Below, piece by piece: positions 18,704 to 28,488 of a stretch of DNA of 64,000 nt. Under the pieces are notes generated by a model that was not told the origin of the DNA, did not search any database, and saw nothing but the letters and a program-made list of their open reading frames with translations. Positions within the stretch are counted from its first letter, which is position 1, and every line of letters starts with the position of its first letter. The translations under genes and the position numbers were made by a program. Source of the stretch: Alphaproteobacteria bacterium (lineage in GTDB: Bacteria; Pseudomonadota; Alphaproteobacteria; CALKHQ01); NCBI GenBank assembly GCA_965227515.1, contig CBDDFZ010000001.1, positions 1,673,600 through 1,737,599 of the forward strand. Direction: 5' to 3'.

Positions 18704-18934
18704 TTTGGCGACTGCGCCCAAAGATCAAGGGCGCAGTCTGCTCGATTGGGCCGCGAATCGGGGCGCACTTCTCCAACACAAACGAATCGGCCAATTCGCG
18801 GAACGTTCCGCGATTATGGCCAGATATTGTGAAATATGGCGCGATTTGGGCAGCGACTCGACACGCGAATCGGACACCCTCCGAGTCGCCTCGAGTCGCG
18901 AATCGGCGGCCGATACAACACTGTGTCTATATTC

Positions 18935-18963
18935 TTGAAACGTTCGCAGAACAAGGCTATATC
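18935..18963 (+). promoter_or_regulatory. Near-consensus sigma70-type promoter TTGAAA-N17-TATATC
   Basis: -35 at 18935-18940 and -10 at 18958-18963. The predicted start site falls at about the ATG at 18970. AT-rich against a 68% G+C background. Confidence 0.4.
18938..18952 (+). promoter_or_regulatory. Candidate alphaproteobacterial LexA box (AAAC-N7-GAAC; one mismatch to GAAC-N7-GAAC)
   Basis: Read directly. It lies inside the promoter spacer. Confidence 0.25.
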
Positions 18964-18969
18964 TGGGCC

Positions 18970-20106
18970 ATGGTTCGGACACACGCAGCGGGGGCATTGA
19001 GGGCGGACAAGGGCCCGGCCATGCGCAAGGGCCGGGGCGCGCTGAGCAACCGCGACGGGAGGTTCGAGGCCTATCGCAGCGAGGCGTTCCACGATGGCTG
19101 GGACCGCGCGCCGCCGGGCGACGGCGAACCCGACCTGGACGATCCGGCGCTGCGCACCGAGGTGCTGTCCGATGCGTCGCGCAGCATCATCGCCACCAAC
19201 CAGTCGCCGGACGTGCCGTTCGATCGCTCGATCAATCCCTATCGCGGCTGCGAGCATGGCTGCGTCTATTGTTTCGCGCGGCCGACCCATGCCTATCTCG
19301 GCCTGTCGCCGGGGCTCGATTTCGAGACCCGCATTTTCGCCAAGCACGACGCGGCGGGGCTGTTGCGTGCCGCACTGGCCAAGCGCGGCTATCGCCCGGC
19401 ACCGATCGCCATCGGCGCCAACACCGATCCCTACCAGCCGGTGGAGCGGCAGCTCGAGATCACCCGCTCGGTGATCCAGGTGCTGGCTGAAACCCGGCAT
19501 CCGTTCGGCATCGTTACTAAGTCGAACCTGGTACTGCGCGACCTGGACCTTCTGGCGCCGGCGGCGGAGCAACGCCTGGTCTCGGTCGCGGTGTCGGTGA
19601 CCACGCTCGACCGCGATCTCGCCCGTCGCATGGAGCCGCGCGCACCGACGCCGGGCCGCCGGCTGGCCGCCATAGAGGGATTGGCCAAGGCCGGGGTGCC
19701 GGTCTCCGTGCTGGCGGCGCCGATGATCCCGACCCTCAACGACCAGGAACTGGAAGCCATCGTCACCGCGGCGCGCGATGCCGGGGCGACCGACGCGGGC
19801 TATGTGCTGTTGCGGGTGCCGCTGGAGATCAAGGACCTGGTCGCCGAGTGGCTGGACCACCACGCGCCCGGCCGCGCCAAGCGGGTGTTCAGCCACCTGC
19901 AACAGGCGCATGACGGCAAGTCCTATGACGCGCGCTACTTCCACCGCATGCGCGGCAGCGGCGCCTACGCTGAACTCCTGAAGTCGCGGATGGAACGCCT
20001 GCGCCGGTCGCTCGGCCTGGGCGAGCGCCGCTGGACCCTGGAGACGAAACACTTCGTCAAGCCGGCCGCACCGCCTGCCGACGACCGCCAGCTCTCGCTG
20101 TTCTAG
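18970..20106 (+). CDS. PA0069-family radical SAM protein (COG1533 'DNA repair photolyase'-like)
   Basis: ORF 18829..20106 trimmed to ATG 18970 (alternative ATG at 19021, MRKGRGALSN). KGRGALSNRDGRF N-terminal motif. CEHGCVYC radical-SAM cluster. Confidence 0.85.
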   Translation: MVRTHAAGALRADKGPAMRKGRGALSNRDGRFEAYRSEAFHDGWDRAPPGDGEPDLDDPALRTEVLSDASRSIIATNQSPDVPFDRSINPYRGCEHGCVYCFARPTHAYLGLSPGLDFETRIFAKHDAAGLLRAALAKRGYRPAPIAIGANTDPYQPVERQLEITRSVIQVLAETRHPFGIVTKSNLVLRDLDLLAPAAEQRLVSVAVSVTTLDRDLARRMEPRAPTPGRRLAAIEGLAKAGVPVSVLAAPMIPTLNDQELEAIVTAARDAGATDAGYVLLRVPLEIKDLVAEWLDHHAPGRAKRVFSHLQQAHDGKSYDARYFHRMRGSGAYAELLKSRMERLRRSLGLGERRWTLETKHFVKPAAPPADDRQLSLF

Positions 20107-20158
20107 CGGGTGTCGCGCACGCGCTGGGCGCGTGGACCCCACCGCAACTAGCAATTAT

Positions 20159-20339
20159 TCGTCGCTCTCGCCCTTGTGGCGAGGGTCCATGCGAATGCAA
20201 TGCTCTATACTTGGGATGTTTGCTGTTTGCTGGAGCGGCAAGGGCTGAGGGACCGCCGCCATGCCGTTCAGCGCAAACCACTTAACCTACTGGAACATAG
20301 GACAAAAATGGATCCTCGGGACAAGCCCGAGGATGACGG
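20159..20339. mobile_element. MITE-like element, copy B
   Basis: Left hairpin is CTCGCCCTTGTGGCGAG; right hairpin is CCTCGGGACAAGCCCGAGG. The core aligns with copy A. Confidence 0.65.
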
Positions 20340-20505
20340 TGGGGTGATGGTGATTATGCACAGCCGCGTGCCGCGATCATTCAAAGAGGGCGGTATCCAA
20401 CCGAAACCTGGGGGGGGAATCTACCCCATATGGGCAATCCGGCAGGCTGCTTACGTCATCGGGCAACGAACCGCCGCACGGTGCGGGGTTCGCTTGCCAA
20501 AGGAG

Positions 20506-20964
20506 ATGACGACGATGTTGACCGCCTCGATTTCGAAGATTGCCGGTGCCGCCGCCCTTGCCATGACCGTGGCCCTTGGGGGCTGCATCACCCCGGCGGC
20601 CGGTGCCGGCAACCCGCTGGCTTACGGCCCGGTGCAGCCGCAGCTTCCCACCTTCACCGTGACCACCCACACCGGCAGCGCGGAGCAGGTGCAGACCAGC
20701 TTCACCCCCGGACTCGCCCAGCCCGGTGCGGTGCGGGTGTGCCTGAACAACCAGCGCCCCGGCCAGAGGTCCATCGACCTCAACCTGTCGGGCGTGAACC
20801 CGTTGAACGCCAACGGCCGCAACCAGCAGTCGTGCGCCAGCGTCGGCGCGCATGAAGTGGTCAACCTGCTGGCCATGGCTGGCAACCAGCCGGCCCACAT
20901 CTCGCCGGGCACCGTCAACCTGGCGCAGTACGACGGCGGCCTGCTGACCTTTATCTGGAGATAA
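20506..20964 (+). CDS. Lipoprotein, function unknown
   Basis: ORF 20176..20964 trimmed to ATG 20506 after AAAGGAGA. Lipobox ALGGC. Confidence 0.6.
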   Translation: MTTMLTASISKIAGAAALAMTVALGGCITPAAGAGNPLAYGPVQPQLPTFTVTTHTGSAEQVQTSFTPGLAQPGAVRVCLNNQRPGQRSIDLNLSGVNPLNANGRNQQSCASVGAHEVVNLLAMAGNQPAHISPGTVNLAQYDGGLLTFIWR

Positions 20965-21129
20965 CGGCATCTTGCGCAGCGGCCCGGCCCCGGATCTCCT
21001 GGGCGCCGGGGCGCCGCGGGAATTTGAACCGCGGCGCGGTTGGGTTATGGAGGGAGGGTCATGCGCCGCACCCCGATCGATCTGGACTTAGAGCGTGTTC
21101 AGTGTGATCGCGATTACATTGAACACGCT

Positions 21130-21792
21130 CTAAAGCTCCCGTGCCGGGTCGATCAGCCCTTCCTTCATCGCGCGGGCCAGCAGTTGCGGCACCGAGTTCA
21201 CCTGCAGCTTCTGCATCATGCTGGTCCGGTACTTGTCGACGGTCTTCGGGCTGATGCCGAGGACGAGCGCGATCTCCTTGGTCGACCGGCCGCCGATGAT
21301 CAGGTTCAGGGTCTGGCGCTCGCGATCGGTCAGCACCGGCCGGTCCGGCCGCGCTTGCAGCCGGTCGACGAACATCTGGGCGATGTGGCGCCCGCCGTTC
21401 ATGATCAACGGCAGCTTGGCATAGAGCTCGGCGTTGTCGGCGGACTTGGAGAACAGGCCGTCGACGCCGGCCTCGATCAGGTCGCCGATCAGCCCGATTG
21501 CGGTGATGCCGGTGAACACCACCACCTTGGTGTCGGGGCTGGAGCGTTTCACTTCCAGAAACACCTCCACCCCGCCGGCGTGCGGCATCGAAACATCGAG
21601 CAGCAGCAGGTCGGGTGCGTGCTTCTCCACCGCCGCGATTGCCGCCAGCCCGTCCGATACCTGCGCGACCACCTTGTACGGGGTACGGCTGACCAGCCCC
21701 GGCGTTTCCAGCGCGCCCTTCAGCCCGTCGCGCACGATGGCGTGGTCGTCGGCGATCACGACGCGGACCGTGAACGGATCGTCGCCTGTCAT
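21130..21792 (-). CDS. Response regulator, NarL/FixJ (LuxR HTH) family
   Basis: ORF 21130..22185 trimmed to ATG 21792. REC domain (VVIADDH...LLLLDVSMP) plus a LuxR-type HTH (LTDRERQTLNLIIGGRSTKEIA). Confidence 0.9.
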   Translation of the reverse strand: MTGDDPFTVRVVIADDHAIVRDGLKGALETPGLVSRTPYKVVAQVSDGLAAIAAVEKHAPDLLLLDVSMPHAGGVEVFLEVKRSSPDTKVVVFTGITAIGLIGDLIEAGVDGLFSKSADNAELYAKLPLIMNGGRHIAQMFVDRLQARPDRPVLTDRERQTLNLIIGGRSTKEIALVLGISPKTVDKYRTSMMQKLQVNSVPQLLARAMKEGLIDPAREL

Positions 21793-21842
21793 CGGGTCCC
21801 CGCGAGTGTGCCTGCCGCCCGGGCGCCGGCGCGCCGCCGCCC

Positions 21843-23843
21843 ATGAGCCAGTCTTGCGCATTCGCCACGTCTTGGCGAGCCCGGGGAAGGCGAGCGTTGG
21901 CGGCCCTGTTGGTGCTGTTCGCCTTTGCCGGATCGCCGGCTTGGGCGGTCGACCTGCGGCCGGGCGAACCCGCGACCGTGCCGGGCGGGGAGATCGCCTA
22001 TCTTGCCGACCCCGATCACACGCTTGATCCGGCGGGGGCGCTTGCGGGGTTCGATGCAGGCGAAGGCCGGCTCGTCGGCAGCGATATCGCCGACTTCGGC
22101 GCGGTGTTCGCCACATACTGGCTGCTCGTCCCGCTCGAGAACGCGGGCGAGCGCGCCGGCACATGGACCGTTGCCACCCGCGCACCGTTCTTTCCGGCCG
22201 TTACCATCCATCTGCGCCGCGCCGATGGCACCTTGGACGAGGTGCTCGACAACACCGTCGACGATCCGTTCGATGCGCGGCCGCAGCGCTTCCGCACTGT
22301 CCTCAGCGCGCCGTTCTCGTTGCAGCCGGGCGAGCGCGCCGACCTTGTGGTCGGGTTCGAGGCTGCCGGGGTCGCGAACTTCGCCTTCACCCTGGAGTCG
22401 GAACAGAGCCTGAGTGCGCTGCGGGAAGAGGACGCCGCGATCTCCGGCATCTTCCATGCCTTCAGCATCGCCGCCATCCTGTTCTTCGCCGTGTTCAGCA
22501 TCGCGGTGCGGTTCGGCAACGGCCTGCTCTATGCGGCCCTGTTCGCCATCGCCTTGCTGCTGAACGCGCAGTTGGATGGGCTCGCCTTCCAGTTGCTGTG
22601 GCCGGACTGGCCCGGCTGGAACGGTATCGCTGCCCTGGTGCTGATGAACCTGCTGTGCGGGTTCGGGTTCTATGTCGCGGCCCGGCAGCGCGAACGCGAG
22701 CGACCGAGCCCGCGATTTCGCCGCGCCGCCTATGCTCTCGCGGTCGTCAGCCTGGCGGTCAATGGCTTGATCCCGCTGATCGGCCCCGGCGCGGTGGTCA
22801 TGATCGGCAATCTCTTGTTCGTGGCCATGCTCGCGGCCCAGGCCGCGGCGCTGCTGCCGTGGCTGCGCCGGCCTGATGGCGGCGTCGGCCGCCCCGCGCT
22901 GGTGGGCACCGTGCTGGTGGCCGGCGCGAGCCTGGGGCTGGCCATCCTCTATCTGTCGGGCGTCACCCTGCCGCCGCTGGTCGGCTACAATCTGCACCGC
23001 ATCTACTATCTGGTGATCACCCTGACGACGATGGCGACCCTGGTCGGCATTGTGGTTCAGTTGCGGCGCGACCACGAATCCGCGCTGTCGCGCGAAGTGG
23101 AGGCGGCCCGCCGCGACGCCGCCCTCAACCGCGAGCTGTTCGAGGCGGAGAAGAACTACGCCCAGGCCCGCGAGCTTGCCGCCCAGCGCCAGCGCCGCCT
23201 GGCCACGGCAAGCCATGACATCAAGCAGCCGCTCGCCGCGCTGCGCCTGTCGATGGACGCGCTGACCGCTGGCGACGATCCCGAGACCCGCCGAAGGCTG
23301 AAGGACGCCTTCGACTATCTGGAGGGGCTGACCGGCAGCTATCTGGTCGAGGCCCGGCCGGAGGAGGCGGGCGAAGGAGAAATTGATGCGGCGGTCAAGG
23401 ATGCCGGGGCGCCCGCCGAACCCTATCCGTTGTCGCTGATCACCGGTACCGTCGAGCAGGTGTTCCGCGAGGAGGCGGTGTCGAAGGGCTTGCGCTTCAC
23501 GTGCACCGGCGACGACCGCGAGATCGCGGTGCCGGTGCTGCCGCTGTTGCGGCTGGTCAGCAACCTGACCTCGAACGCAGTGAAGTACACGGTCGAAGGC
23601 GGAGTCTCGGTGAGCGCCGGCGCGGCTGGCGAGGGGGCGTTCATCGCGGTCGAGGACACCGGTCCCGGCATGTCCGCCGACGCGCTCGCCCTGTACCGGC
23701 GTTCGGGCGAGAAGGGCGAGACCTCGCAGGGGGAGGGCCTGGGCATGGCCATCGCCGACGAGATCGCGGCCTCTCTCGGCCTGACCCTGGAGGTCGAGAG
23801 CACGCTGGGCGAGGGCACCCGGTTCCGCGTGCTAATTCCGTAG
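21843..23843 (+). CDS. Sensor histidine kinase with 7TMR-DISM-type periplasmic and 7-TM input
   Basis: Signal peptide, a periplasmic domain, seven hydrophobic segments, an H-box (ASHDIKQPLAAL) and an HATPase region (EDTGPGM...GEGLGMAI). Divergent from the regulator gene. Confidence 0.85.
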   Translation: MSQSCAFATSWRARGRRALAALLVLFAFAGSPAWAVDLRPGEPATVPGGEIAYLADPDHTLDPAGALAGFDAGEGRLVGSDIADFGAVFATYWLLVPLENAGERAGTWTVATRAPFFPAVTIHLRRADGTLDEVLDNTVDDPFDARPQRFRTVLSAPFSLQPGERADLVVGFEAAGVANFAFTLESEQSLSALREEDAAISGIFHAFSIAAILFFAVFSIAVRFGNGLLYAALFAIALLLNAQLDGLAFQLLWPDWPGWNGIAALVLMNLLCGFGFYVAARQRERERPSPRFRRAAYALAVVSLAVNGLIPLIGPGAVVMIGNLLFVAMLAAQAAALLPWLRRPDGGVGRPALVGTVLVAGASLGLAILYLSGVTLPPLVGYNLHRIYYLVITLTTMATLVGIVVQLRRDHESALSREVEAARRDAALNRELFEAEKNYAQARELAAQRQRRLATASHDIKQPLAALRLSMDALTAGDDPETRRRLKDAFDYLEGLTGSYLVEARPEEAGEGEIDAAVKDAGAPAEPYPLSLITGTVEQVFREEAVSKGLRFTCTGDDREIAVPVLPLLRLVSNLTSNAVKYTVEGGVSVSAGAAGEGAFIAVEDTGPGMSADALALYRRSGEKGETSQGEGLGMAIADEIAASLGLTLEVESTLGEGTRFRVLIP

Positions 23844-23917
23844 GGGCTACGGAGGTCGTGATTGCCATTCCAAGACTCATGGCGTCGTCAACACGTTCGG
23901 TTGAGCCCCGACCACCA

Positions 23918-23952
23918 CCGTCATGCCCGCACTTGTTGCGGGCATCCACGTC
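23918..23952. repeat. Solo MITE-end-like hairpin (ATGCCCGC-ACTTGTT-GCGGGCAT)
   Basis: Same flanks (CCGTCAT...ATCCACGTC) and CTTGT loop as the MITE termini, but with a third stem sequence. Confidence 0.5.
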
Positions 23953-24095
23953 TTGTTGGCCGCTTACGCGGCCATATCGTGATTTAGTAAACTGTCACCG
24001 AATTGAGATCTGAATTGCCCATTGGTGATCGGCGCGGTACCCGGCGCTCGTCGCAATGACAGTGAGAATGGGGAAATTGGCGTCACTCGAATTGG

Positions 24096-24962
24096 CTACG
24101 ACCCGAAGTATTTCAGGAACGGGCCGATCACCTGGCGGAAGCCGGCCTCGAAGTCGTCATTGCCGGGGTGGTAGACCTGTTCCAGCGAGACCACGCCGTC
24201 ATAGCCATCGGCCACCAATGCCTGGGCCATCGGCGTGAACTGGTCGGCGAGCTGGCCTTCGCCCATCGGGCGCACCTCCAGCGTTGCCTTCGGCGTGTCG
24301 GCGTAGACATCCTTCACGTGCAAGTGGCCGACATAGCCGCCCTTCACGGACTCCCAGCCGTCCGGCCAGGCCTTCTCGTGCGCCCAGCAGTTGTTCGCCG
24401 GGTCCCACAGCACCCGCAGCACGTCGCGGGCGTCCAGGTCGTCGATCAGCTTGCGCGCGGTCCAGCACGAATTGACCATGGTGCCGTTGCCGGTCTCCAC
24501 CACGAGCTGGATGTCCTCGCGGCGGGCGAGCTCGATGGCCGGCGCGACCAGTTCCAGCATGCTGTCCCACGCGCCCTTGGCGACGTTCCAGTGCTCCGCG
24601 CCATGGCGGCCCCACAGGATCATCTCCTTCTTGCCGGACATGATGCGGACCAGCGGCGCGTCGAGCTTGCGCGACACGTCGATGCAGCGCTTCAGCGTGT
24701 CCATGTGGCGGGTGTGAAGTTCGTCGCCGACCTTGGTCGACATCGGCATGCCGGCGAACACGTGGTGGCAGATGTTGGAGACCTTCTTGCCGTGACGGTC
24801 CAGCAGGTCGCGGGCGCGCGCCACCTCCTGCGCGTCGAGGTTGCCGATCTCCTTGTCCCAGACGAACTGCAGCTCGGCATAGTCCAGGCCGAACTCGTCC
24901 ATGACCGAGAGCGCATGCTCCAGGTCGCGGCTGATGCCGTCGGTGATGACGCCCAGTTTCAT
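24096..24962 (-). CDS. Sugar phosphate isomerase/epimerase (xylose-isomerase-like TIM barrel)
   Basis: 288 aa; MKLGVITDGISRDLEHAL...YAELQ pattern typical of the family. Confidence 0.8.
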   Translation of the reverse strand: MKLGVITDGISRDLEHALSVMDEFGLDYAELQFVWDKEIGNLDAQEVARARDLLDRHGKKVSNICHHVFAGMPMSTKVGDELHTRHMDTLKRCIDVSRKLDAPLVRIMSGKKEMILWGRHGAEHWNVAKGAWDSMLELVAPAIELARREDIQLVVETGNGTMVNSCWTARKLIDDLDARDVLRVLWDPANNCWAHEKAWPDGWESVKGGYVGHLHVKDVYADTPKATLEVRPMGEGQLADQFTPMAQALVADGYDGVVSLEQVYHPGNDDFEAGFRQVIGPFLKYFGS

Positions 24963-24977
24963 GTTCTTGCTGTCCTG

Positions 24978-25877
24978 CTAACGGTGGAGCTCGGCGCCGA
25001 CGATATCCTCGACGACGCGGGTCACCACCCAGTTGTCGCCATCGGGGTGCCTGGTCTTGCCGGCGTGGAAGAGCTGCATGGCGGTGGACGCGGTGAACAG
25101 CGGCACGCCCAGGTCGCGGGCCATGTCGAGCACGATGGTCAGGTCCTTGTGCATGGTGGCGATGTGGCTGCCGGTGCCCTCGAACCTGCGGTCGATGATG
25201 TTTTCCAGCGCCGTGTTGGCGACGCCGCAACCGGCGCCGGACGTGCTGATGACGTCGTAGAGCACCTGGCCGGATACGCCGGCCTTCGCGGCCAGCACCG
25301 ACGCCTCGAACGTCGCGGAGAAGACGGAGCCGATCAGCGACTGCAGGCAGGCCTTCACGGTCTGGCCCATGCCGGGCTCGGTGCCGACCCGATGAATGGT
25401 CTTCGACACCGCTTCCATCGCCGGGCGGGCGCGGTCGAGCGCGGCATCCTCGCCGGCCGCCATCATGGTCAGAGTGCCGCCCTGGGCACCCGGAAAGCCG
25501 CCACTGACGGGTGAGTCGATCAGGTCGATGCCGGTGCCGGCCAGCCCCTCGCCAATCGCGCGCGCCTCGGCCGGCCTGATGGTGGCGGTGAGGATGACCG
25601 CGGCACCGGGCTGGAGCGTCGATGTCAGGCCGTCCCGGCCCTCGGCGCCCAGGATCACCGCCTTGGCCTGGTCGCCGTTCATCACCATCACATAGACCGC
25701 ATCGGCGCCGTCGCCGACCGCCGCGGCACTGCCGGCGGCATGTCCGCCCATGGCCGTGAACGCCGCCATCCGATCTGTGCTGAGGTCGAAGCCAGCGGTC
25801 TCGAACCCCGCGGCAATCAGGTTCTTGGCCAGGCCCGAGCCCATGTCGCCCAGCCCGATGACGCCTACGCGTGCCAT
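24978..25877 (-). CDS. NAD(P)-dependent oxidoreductase, 3-hydroxyisobutyrate dehydrogenase family
   Basis: VGVIGLGDMGSGLAKNL Rossmann motif. 299 aa. Confidence 0.85.
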   Translation of the reverse strand: MARVGVIGLGDMGSGLAKNLIAAGFETAGFDLSTDRMAAFTAMGGHAAGSAAAVGDGADAVYVMVMNGDQAKAVILGAEGRDGLTSTLQPGAAVILTATIRPAEARAIGEGLAGTGIDLIDSPVSGGFPGAQGGTLTMMAAGEDAALDRARPAMEAVSKTIHRVGTEPGMGQTVKACLQSLIGSVFSATFEASVLAAKAGVSGQVLYDVISTSGAGCGVANTALENIIDRRFEGTGSHIATMHKDLTIVLDMARDLGVPLFTASTAMQLFHAGKTRHPDGDNWVVTRVVEDIVGAELHR

Positions 25878-25988
25878 ACGTCCTCCCCTCCGGTTGCTGC
25901 GGCTTGTCGCGCCGCATTCGCCGGCATCATGGCTCGGATCGGGCGACGGGGCGAGGGGAGAGATACGATGCCGTCAGCGGCGGCGCGC

Positions 25989-26540
25989 CTATTGGTCCTC
26001 GTACGACAGGATGCGATCGCGCAGTGCGGTGAACCGTGCCTCGACCTCGGTGCCGAACAGCGGGTCCTGGCGCGCGAGCAGCGGGTGGTCGGACATCGTG
26101 CCGTCACCCGCCGAAAGCGCCTTCTCGGCCTGCGGGAAGAAGCCGTCCTCTTCCATCTGCATGTGATGGCGCTGCGCGGACACGAACTCGCGCGCAGCTC
26201 TGAGAAACTCGTCCCTGGGGACGGCGGCCTCGATGACCACCCGGTCGAGCAAGTCGGCGAAAGCGTGGGTCAGCCGGCCCAGATCCTCGTGCAAGGCGGC
26301 GAGCTTCTTGGCCGACGGACCGGTGCTGCCGATCGTCTGCTCCAGCTCTCTGGCAACCAGATCCTCCTTCGGGTGATGGCAGCTGTCGGGATAGTCGCCG
26401 AAGTACTCCATGATCGACTGCAGCACTTCATAGTCGGGGAGCTCGCCCTGCTCGAACAGGTCGAGCTGGCTGTCCAGCAAACTCAACAGGCGTTCCATGT
26501 CGCGGTGTTCCGCGCGCAGACTCGCAATGATGTCGGACAT
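25989..26540 (-). CDS. Hemerythrin-like domain protein
   Basis: LRAEHRDMERLL and CHHPKED motifs. 183 aa. Confidence 0.75.
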   Translation of the reverse strand: MSDIIASLRAEHRDMERLLSLLDSQLDLFEQGELPDYEVLQSIMEYFGDYPDSCHHPKEDLVARELEQTIGSTGPSAKKLAALHEDLGRLTHAFADLLDRVVIEAAVPRDEFLRAAREFVSAQRHHMQMEEDGFFPQAEKALSAGDGTMSDHPLLARQDPLFGTEVEARFTALRDRILSYEDQ

Positions 26541-26724
26541 GACTGGCCTCCGATGATCTTCGTGGCGCCATACGATCCTTTCTTAAAGGATGGTACGACC
26601 GGTGGCGGTCCCGCAAGCCCACGGGCGCAGATGTCGCAATCTGGCGTCGGCGCTTGCGCGGTAGGACGATCCGGCCGTCCGGCCCTATAATCGGCGGGGG
26701 CGTCCGCGATATCGGAGACGGCAT

Positions 26725-28482
26725 ATGGAAATGGAAGTGGCACTGGGGTTGGACCGCGACGCGCTGCGCGCCGACCTGTCGGTCGCCTATCCGCCGGACG
26801 TTGTCGACCGCCTGGTCACGCGCATCGAAGACGTGGTCGCGCACTACCGCGAACAAATAACGCAGCCGCGCCCCTCCTGGGTCGACGAGGGCGATGCGAT
26901 GCTCATCACCTATGGCGATTCCATCGGCGACGGCGCGCGCGCGCCATTGGCCGTGCTCGCGGCGTTCCTGGCCGCCCACGTGGGCGACGCGATCTCCAGC
27001 GTCCACATCCTGCCGTTCTATCCCTACACCTCCGACGACGGGTTCTCGGTGGTCGACTACCGCGCGGTCGACACCGGCCTCGGCGACTGGGACGACGTCG
27101 CGCGCCTGGCGGATCGCTATGCGCTGATGTTCGATGCCGTCATCAACCACGTCTCGCGCCACAGCGTGTGGTTCCAGAAGTTCCTGGCCGACGACCCGGC
27201 CTATGCCGACTACTTCATCGCCTGCGCGCCCGATGCCGACACCAGCCAGGTGACGCGGCCGCGCGCGCTGCCGCTGCTGACGCCGGTGGACTGCGCGTCC
27301 GGGACGAAGCATGTCTGGACGACGTTCAGCGACGACCAGATCGACCTCAACTACGCAAACCCCGACGTGCTGGTCGAGATCGTCGATCTGCTGTTGTTCT
27401 ACGCCGCGCAGGGCGCGCGTTACATCAGGCTCGATGCCATTGGCTTCATGTGGAAGGAGCTCGGCACCACGTGCATGCACCTGCCGCAGGCCCACGCGCT
27501 GATCCGCGCCATGCGTCAGGCGGTGGACGCCGCATCACCCGGCACGCTCGTGATCACCGAGACCAACGTGCCGCACGCCGACAATGTCAGCTACTTCGGC
27601 AATGGCGGTGACGAAGCCCACATGGTCTACCAGTTTCCGCTGCCGCCGCTGACCCTGCACGCGTTCCAAACGGGCGACGCCAGCCGGCTGTCGGACTGGG
27701 CAGCTTCGTTGCCGCCGACGACGCCCCAGACCACGTTCTTCAATTTCCTGGCGTCCCATGACGGCATCGGCGTGCGCCCTGTCGAGGGCATCCTGTCGCC
27801 CGCGGAAGTAAAGGCCATGGCGGCGGGCGTGGAGGCGCGCGGCGGGCTGATTTCGGTCCGCAACATGCCCGACGGCACGACCGCGCCCTATGAACTCAAT
27901 ATCGCCTATGTCGATGCCATTGCCGAGCCGGATGACGACGATGAGACCCGTGCCGCGCGGTTCCTGGCCGCTCAGACCGTCCTGCTGTCGATGGCCGGGG
28001 TGCCGGGCATCTACATCCACAGCCTGCTCGGCTCGCGCAACGACCTGGCCGGTGTCGCGCGTACCGGCCGCAACCGGTCGATCAATCGGGCGAAGCTTGG
28101 TCTGGGCGACCTGGAGGCCGAGCTTGCACGGCCCGACAGCCTGCGGGCGCGGATTTTGGCGGGGACGCTCAAGCTGCTCGGTCTGCGCCGACAACGGCCG
28201 GCGTTCCACCCCAATGCCGGCCAGCGCATCGTGCCGGTCGACCCGCGGGTGTTCAGCCTGGTGCGCGAGAACCCGCAGGACCGGGTCTGGGTGGCGGTCA
28301 ACGTGTCGGCAGACACCGTCTCGCTGCGGGTGCGATGCGCGACCATCGGGTTCGCGGCGGGCGCGGCGCTGGCAGATGTGATCGGCGGGGCTGAGGTTGG
28401 CGGGGCTGAGGTGGGCGGGGACGCCGAGCACATCGCCCTCACGCTGGCGCCGTTCCAGTCCGCATGGGTGGCGGCCGGCTGA
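26725..28482 (+). CDS. GH13_18 sucrose-phosphorylase-family sugar phosphorylase
   Basis: SVHILPFYPYTSDDGFSVVDY, YIRLDAIGFMWKE (nucleophile Asp), VITETN (acid/base) and LASHDGIG motifs. Confidence 0.8.
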   Translation: MEMEVALGLDRDALRADLSVAYPPDVVDRLVTRIEDVVAHYREQITQPRPSWVDEGDAMLITYGDSIGDGARAPLAVLAAFLAAHVGDAISSVHILPFYPYTSDDGFSVVDYRAVDTGLGDWDDVARLADRYALMFDAVINHVSRHSVWFQKFLADDPAYADYFIACAPDADTSQVTRPRALPLLTPVDCASGTKHVWTTFSDDQIDLNYANPDVLVEIVDLLLFYAAQGARYIRLDAIGFMWKELGTTCMHLPQAHALIRAMRQAVDAASPGTLVITETNVPHADNVSYFGNGGDEAHMVYQFPLPPLTLHAFQTGDASRLSDWAASLPPTTPQTTFFNFLASHDGIGVRPVEGILSPAEVKAMAAGVEARGGLISVRNMPDGTTAPYELNIAYVDAIAEPDDDDETRAARFLAAQTVLLSMAGVPGIYIHSLLGSRNDLAGVARTGRNRSINRAKLGLGDLEAELARPDSLRARILAGTLKLLGLRRQRPAFHPNAGQRIVPVDPRVFSLVRENPQDRVWVAVNVSADTVSLRVRCATIGFAAGAALADVIGGAEVGGAEVGGDAEHIALTLAPFQSAWVAAG

Positions 28483-28488
28483 GCCGTT

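Noticed and set aside
23953-24095. AT-rich stretch between the convergent kinase and isomerase genes (GTGATTTAGTAAACTGTCAC and others) as a possible CRP-like site or small RNA.
   Set aside because: The half-site spacing does not fit CRP or FNR consensus sequences. I could define no promoter/terminator pair. I note it only as unexplained sequence.
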